This document shows, one piece after another, positions 36,401 through 43,600 of a DNA stretch of 64,000 bases. Every line of letters starts with the position of its first letter. Within the stretch, counting starts at the first letter, position 1. Made by a program: the position numbers and the translations under genes. The stretch is from Chrysemys picta bellii. Taxonomy: Eukaryota. The notes beneath the pieces were generated by a model. It was not told the origin of the DNA and did not search any database. It saw only the letters and a program-made list of their open reading frames with translations. The stretch lies in contig NC_088802.1 of NCBI RefSeq assembly GCF_011386835.1, forward strand, positions 42,656,001-42,720,000. The letters run 5' to 3'.

Positions 36401-39400
36401 AGCAGGTTGTGGAAGGAGAGTCCTAGCTTGTCCCAGCTCTCCATTCCCACAGCTTCCCTGCGCCAGACAGTGACACCACATGCGACCAAACAAACACATG
36501 ATAAATGCCTGACATCATAAAAACAAAACTGTCATTGGCTGACGGTCTGACCATACTCTGAGGGCAAGGCATTGTAATCAAGCAACTTTTGAAGGCTGCT
36601 GGCTTTACATATTAACCTTTCCATGGATGTGGTACACACCACAGAGCCAGTTAGCACAATTTTATGTCATCCTGTTTCATCTACCCAGACAGGACTGACC
36701 CCTTCTATGTGGTGACTGGGTCATGTTGTGTGAAATAGTACAAACAGCATTTCTTCCAGCAGCAATGTATTTGCAATGGCAACCAATCAGCATAATCATC
36801 ATGGAAACATCACTCACATGAGCGGTGGAAGTGCCCTAAAAGAGGATGAGTCACAGGAGCCCAAACCATGGCCCCGCTCCTCCATGCCATGCCACACCCC
36901 CACACCGCCCCTTCCCCCTGAGGCCGCACCCCCCACTTGCTCCTCTCCCCTCATCACTTGTCCTTACGGTCAGTTAAAAGTGGGAGGCCATGGCCCCCTG
37001 GCCCTCCTGTTCTGGCAGCCCTGCCAGGAAGTGCTGTGTGCCGGGGTGATTGTTTCAAAAGTGACACTGACAAATGTCATCATGCATAGCCAATTGTGAG
37101 TGGGCAGGTCTCCCACTTGCTCAGAGGCAGCTGGAGATGCCCCAAGAGGGCAAGACTGTTAGGAACATAGGAAATGCCAGACTGGATCAGATTCAAAGTC
37201 CATCTGTCCAACAGTGACCAGCACCAGATTCTTTAGAGGAAGGTGTGAGAACCCACAGTGGGCAGATGTGGGATAATTACTTCCCAAAGTAGGTCTCACC
37301 CTGGTCTCCCGGTTAGAGATTGGCTTAACCCCTGAAGCATGAGGTTTAACATCCTTTACAGCGTTATCATTAGTTATAACCACCCTGGATATTCTCAGTA
37401 TCCATATTACTGTCCAACCCCTTCTAACTCTTGCTAAGTTCTGAGCCTCAATTACTTCCTGAGGCAATAAATTCCATAGTTTAAACTACACATGGCGTGA
37501 AAATATTTCATTTCACCGGTTTTGAACTTTCCGCCATTTCATGTCTTTGAAAGTTCCCTATTCTTGTGCTGTGCAGCCTGGAGAACACAAGCTCCCGATC
37601 TACCTTCTCCAGACCATTCATTATTTCATAGGTGTTTTGCTGTTCTGTTTTTATCGATTCAATCATTTTGCCAGGCACAGATCTAAGACTTACTGGTCTA
37701 TAATTCCCTGGATCACCCAGAGAGTCTTGTTAAAATATGCATACCACATGTGCTACTCTTCAATCCTCTGGAACAGTTGTTTCAATGGGGCAGAAACTTG
37801 AAGAGAGAGGAGGAATCTCAGCCCCACACAATGTCCTCACTTCCTACCTGATGACGATGCACTGCTCTTGCTCTGAAGTCTGGGACAGAGTGTAGGCCAT
37901 TTCCGCAATGGCAAAGATGTGTCTAGATGAACAGAAGAAAAAAATTCCATTTGTTACTTTGGCCCTGATTTCCAACCTGCACAAACACAGCACCGGGGGT
38001 TAGTTAGTGGATATCTGCACTGAAGTTGAGCCTGTAACAGAATCCCAGATCCGAGAGTCATGGCCAGAGCCAGTGTTAGCCCACTGGGGGCCCTAAACAG
38101 GAATATTTTTTGTCCCCTCCTGCCCCCCACAATACGAAAACAGGCAAGTTCTTATAATAAAAAGGGAATGGGGGCCCCATTGAGCTGCTCGGGGCCCTAA
38201 GCAATTGATTAGTCTGCTTATGCCTCTGGCCAAGGCAGCATATGTATAGCTGGGCATGGGAGGGCAAATCTCTCACTGCTGCAGCTCCGCTAGTAATAGC
38301 CACCTTGAGAGCCCTAGTGTGAATAAGGCTCCTGTAGCCAACAGCTTTTTAAATGCCGTGTGTCATTTAGACTCGCTCTGAGCAAGTTAAACAAACCAGT
38401 GGTCACAGGAGCCTCATCCAGACTAGGGCTCCCAATGTGGCTAGCTCCAGCAGAGCTGCACTGGTGTTAGCAATGGTGGGATGCTACTGCCAAAATCCCT
38501 AGGGATGGCCACAGTCTCTGTGGTCATCAGCAGGGATTGAACCTGGGACCTTCAGCTAAAGCTGAAGGAAAAACTAGAAGAGGGAAGCTGTTACAAAAAG
38601 TAGTTGCTGGATCCAGCAACTAGACAAAAGCATCTGCACAAAAGGCCTGATTCAAAACCTACTGAAATCAAGGGGAGCCTTTCTCATTTACTGCAATGGC
38701 TTTTGGACCAGGTCGTAAGCCAGCATTTTACCTGAGGATCCATGAACTTTGGTGGACATCACAGCTGGGTCTTATCACTAGCATGGGCTAAACACTCTCC
38801 AGCCTGGTTGGAAGTGAAGATGTTCTCAACATTGTGGCTCAGCTGGGCCAGTCAATGCTTGGATATGTAAGTGCTGAGTATCACTATAGCGCTACACAGG
38901 GAGGGACATTTGTCAGGCTAGGGGAGATTTCAATAAACTTCTCTTGTTTCAGTCTCTGGCATCTTAATCCCTCCGAGTGTTACTGCAAGGGGAAGAGGGA
39001 GGTTTGATTAGGGTTACAGACTCTGAAGTGAAGTCCTTTTCAGTCTCTCTCTCATTAGAAGAGATGAGCCCAATGGCACAGCTCAGGTCTCAGACCAAGC
39101 TTTTCCGACATTCAGTGGTGTTTGTATCAGGCCCACTTTTTCTCCTCAGGTGGAAATCGTTAACAAATAAAACATGGCATATGGCACTTACAGCAACAAT
39201 ATCAGAGTGCCATACAAGTACCCCTGTGCTGGATGTATTATACACTTCACTCTGCACCAGTCCTACTCCAGAGATGACCTTTGGCCAAGTGAAATGGTCC
39301 TGAGAGCCCAGGGCAACACAGGACTCTGCAGGTTAAGAATAATGAACAGACTTAGTTGTGAAGAAACAAGCATACATACGGGGCATTTTTGGAGAGCGTC

Positions 39401-40628
39401 CCCTGCTGGTACTGAGTCACCACATCTTCCAAGTAGAGATGGACGGGCTTGAAAGGATTCACAGAGACCAAGATTTGCCCAATGTAGGTCTAGGAGGGGG
39501 AAAATAAAGTTTGGTTTTATTATATCCACTGGATGATTAGAGATTTCTGGATGGGCTCTCGAATTAACTGGGAAGGCCTCGAGTATATATTGCATAACCA
39601 AAACAAAAATTAAATCAGCTTTAAAGCAACATTAAAGAATCTGATTTAAACTTCTGGAAGCCAAAGTCATTCTGGGCAGAGCTGAGCTTGACTGTTTTGA
39701 TTCGCAAAGGGGCTTAGTTAATTTGGGGGGCATGTTCTTCATATTCCCACACCTCCTCTGAGCTCCATTTCAGGACCAAAGTGAAACTTGGCCAAAGCCA
39801 ACATGTTCTGCATAGTTTGAGGCCAAAACCATAAATCCCATTTGGCATTCTAGGGATGAGAAGGATGGGTGTTCCCTCCTAACTTAGCCAAGCCTGAAAC
39901 TGGAGCCAGGTGTTCAAAGAACACTCAAAATCAAGGGAAACTGAAGGCTTTCCAGGCTGCATCACAAACATTTCACACTGCCCCAGTTCTGGGTTCAAGG
40001 CAATGATCATCCTCTCTCACCCCATTATGCCTGGCCATTCAAAGGGTCTTAGAGCAGTGGGTAAATGCCTGTGCCAAATAGAAGAACAGGAGGACTTGTG
40101 GCACCTTAGAGACTAACAAATTTATTAGAGCATAAGCTTTCGTGGACTATAGCCCACTTCTTCGGATGCATACAATACCAAAGCACAGTGGGGTGAGGTT
40201 CCAGAGTTAAGGACTGACTACTCTGCAAACATTCTTGGGTTCCACACTTCTTCTCTGTCCACTTATTGGCTTCATTTACCACTGAGATGGTTTCTCTGGC
40301 TTCAGCCTTCCAGACTCCCCACGGGGGGGCCAACAAATCCAGATGGCTTCTGCCTCAGCAGCAGCTATAAAGATTCTGCCATCAGAGCCCTCAGTTGTGC
40401 TGCTGATGGGCAAAGCAGAGCAGACTCCAGGTCACTCTCCTTCCTGTAGCTGCACTGGCTGTGCTAGGCTAACAAGAGTAAGGTCTTATCTTTGCCAGAA
40501 AAGCGAACTGATATGTCTTGTGTGAAAGACATATAAGGAGCAGATCTGTTGTGCCAGTTTTACCTAGTCACTTATCTAACCACAACCACATTCGCTCTAT
40601 GATCCCCTGTCTAGATTGCATACAGCAG

Positions 40629-40669
<41 letters not shown>

Positions 40670-43600
40670 CTGTTTTTCTATTGGGTGTGCATAGAGTGAT
40701 GGCAATTGGTACAGGGGTTAACAACTACCATGCAGCTATGTGGGAGCTGCTGTGATAGGATCCATTACCTAGGTGCATTTGGTGCCTCAGTTGTATCCTG
40801 CACTGGCTGTGGGGAGAGGGACAGTCTAGTGCTGACTTTGAGACTGGCCATGCTGACCATAGTGGGAGCAGGTAACAATTGTTTTGTGAGGTTTGGGGAG
40901 GGGGATCTGGGGCTACACGAGGAACGAGAGAGGGGTCCCATGCTGGACAGATACAGCAGGTGAAACCCCGGTGACGCCATCTCCTCAGCATTACTGGGAA
41001 ACGTTGGGACCCTGGGGACTGTACTCTGCTAGGGCTGGATGGGGCAAGGGAAACCCCACCCTCAGATTCCTTGTCCCACATGAATAAGAATTGAAAAACC
41101 TAGCAGCCATACGTAAATGAAATTGCGATGGAATCTCTTCTTCAGACACAGAAGGACTGAGCTCTCACAGACCTCCCTAGAAACACAAGACGCGAGCCGT
41201 CAGCCAACTTCATCCAAGGACCTCACTCATGTATTATAGTCTGTTGGTTGTCTGAGGGATGCTGCAAGATGGGGAACAGATGCAGCATCCATTGATTTTA
41301 TACGGTAGGCCCAGAATATGGCAGGCACAAGTAGGGCCAGCCTAAGCTGTTTTGTTACCCACGATGGAAAATGTTTTCAGCAACCCTGAACAGATGAGCA
41401 AACAAAGAAAAAAAAAAAACCCACCCCCACTTGGTGCCCCCAGAAGTTGGCGCCCAGGGAGACTGCCCTCATCGCCCGCCCCTGCAGTCAGGATTGTCCG
41501 GTGGGCCTGTGTATAAGAGAGAGAGGGAGAGAACACTGCCGGGATGGACTGTGACCTATCCATGTCTGCGCGATTGGGCTAGCCCCTGCTGTCTGCAACC
41601 TAGAGGATATCAGCTACACAACCATGTGGATTTCATCAGTTATTACTGGTTTTAGCAATGCTAAAGCTTGCCAGGGCCGGTGTGGGGAACTCCCATGGGC
41701 GTTCCTGTGTCAGCGAGGGTAACAATCCCAGTGATACAAGACATGTTAGAGAGCCTGAGCCTGCTGCAGCTGGTCAAGGGGAGGTTTGCCACTGATTTCA
41801 GTGCAAGTAGGATCAGGCCATTAGATAGATGCTCTGTGTCTCGTCCCATGGATTCTCCTTTTCCACCACACACATCACAACGGAACAGTGCGCTCTTTGT
41901 TTCTGGCTATTTTACCAGATAGTGGCCTAGTAGTTAGAACAAGGACTCTATTCCACCTCTACCATTTGCTCTCGGCCTGGTATTAAGAAAGTCACTTCAG
42001 CTCTCTGGGCCTCAGTTTCCCAATCTGTAAAATGCACTGATCCTTGTAAACCCATTTCAGGACAGGGCGCTTCTTACAGTGTAGATGGGGTTCCCTGTCT
42101 GCACCTCCCAGGGGGTCGGATAGCCATTACAAACCTCTCTTTCTCTGGGGTTCCTCCCTGGAGATAGAGCGAGCAATGTGTACTCTGCCTATGCACAGAG
42201 GAGTTTGGGGAGGGACTGCACAATAATACCATGATTCCCCTTACACCAGCGCAATTCCCCACCCACTCCAGTGCAGGCGTGGGCCTAAATAGGACAATTC
42301 AGCCCTTCCTCTGATTTAAAGGGCCATCAGTTCCTCACGGTCATGAGCATCGAAGCCACTCCATTTTTCAGAGCTATAGCTGATGTTCTACTGTTCACCT
42401 TCTCCTGAGCCAACAGTGTCTTTGATGGGTAATAAATAAGCCCCAGCCACTTCCGGCTATCCACAGAACATCACTGACATACTTACTCCAGTCTGGACAG
42501 ATCTTCAACCTCCTCAAGCTTCACTGAGTGGTTTTCATCCAGGTACACCTGAAACGTATGGGAGAAATGGCTATGAATTGCATGCAGGTTGACAGCACCC
42601 TAAAGCTTACCTGCCTATTGCAGAATATACCTGTTTCCATGTCATGTCCATCTCAAGGATATCCTCAGTGACATCTTCTGCCTCCCACCTTTCTCTCAAT
42701 GTCTTCGGCCTGTGGGTCTTGACCAGATCCTGGTCCTTATACATGGCCCATTTGCTGAGGTTCTCAATGGTGAGTCGCGGGAGCAGCATTTCAGAGTTCA
42801 GCCATGCCGTAGGATCACACCCTAGAGTTCGCCGCTGAGTCCAGTGCACCTGGGCTGGGGCTTCAGACCCAGCATGTTGGATGAGATTTGCAGCCTCTTT
42901 ATCAACATCTCCCTCAAAGAAAGAAGCCATCAGATCCTCTGAGCCCTCTCCTTCCTCCTTTGGAAGGAAGTCCTGCTCATACCGATAGTTTCCAGCTGCC
43001 TCTGGGAAGAGGGGGGGTTTAGTGGCCTGGTATGGTGACTGCCCTCTTTGCCCCTTTGCAAGGAACTGGGATTTGGATACATCTTTCCCCTCGGACGTCT
43101 TTATCCCTTGGGATGAGGAGCTCAAAAGCCTAGTCACTCTGTACTGAGTTGCAAGGCATTTTGCTTGACTCAGATCACCTGGCATTGACGGATCAATTTC
43201 ATCGTTGTGGGGAAGCCCTTGACTGGTCCTCTGACAGGTTTGCTCCTTTGAGAGGTCATGTTTGAACTTGCAACCCGGCTGCACAGACATCACTGCTTTC
43301 CTGCTAGATACATCTATTGACTGTGGCTGTGATTCACTATTCCCGGAAGAAACACCTCTTGTCTTCACCATGTGATGGACCCTGGGGAACACGATGGCGA
43401 ATTTGGCATCAGTGACACTGTTCTTCTCCTTAGCAGGTCCGTCCAGATTTAGCAATTGCACAGAGGAGCTAGCTTCATTAAGGGGAGAATCGCATGAAGC
43501 CAACTGGGCTTCTTCCAGCTCCTCTGTCACCTCAGTACGAGGATGATCCCATTCTAGCAATGGCTGAGAAGAGCTTTCGCTACTCAACTCCCTCTTTCTC

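Noticed and set aside
40631-40666. Z-DNA or G-quadruplex roles for (AC)18 and the G/C homopolymers (about 10597, 56145, 61402)
   Set aside because: Ordinary microsatellites at normal vertebrate frequency with no supporting context
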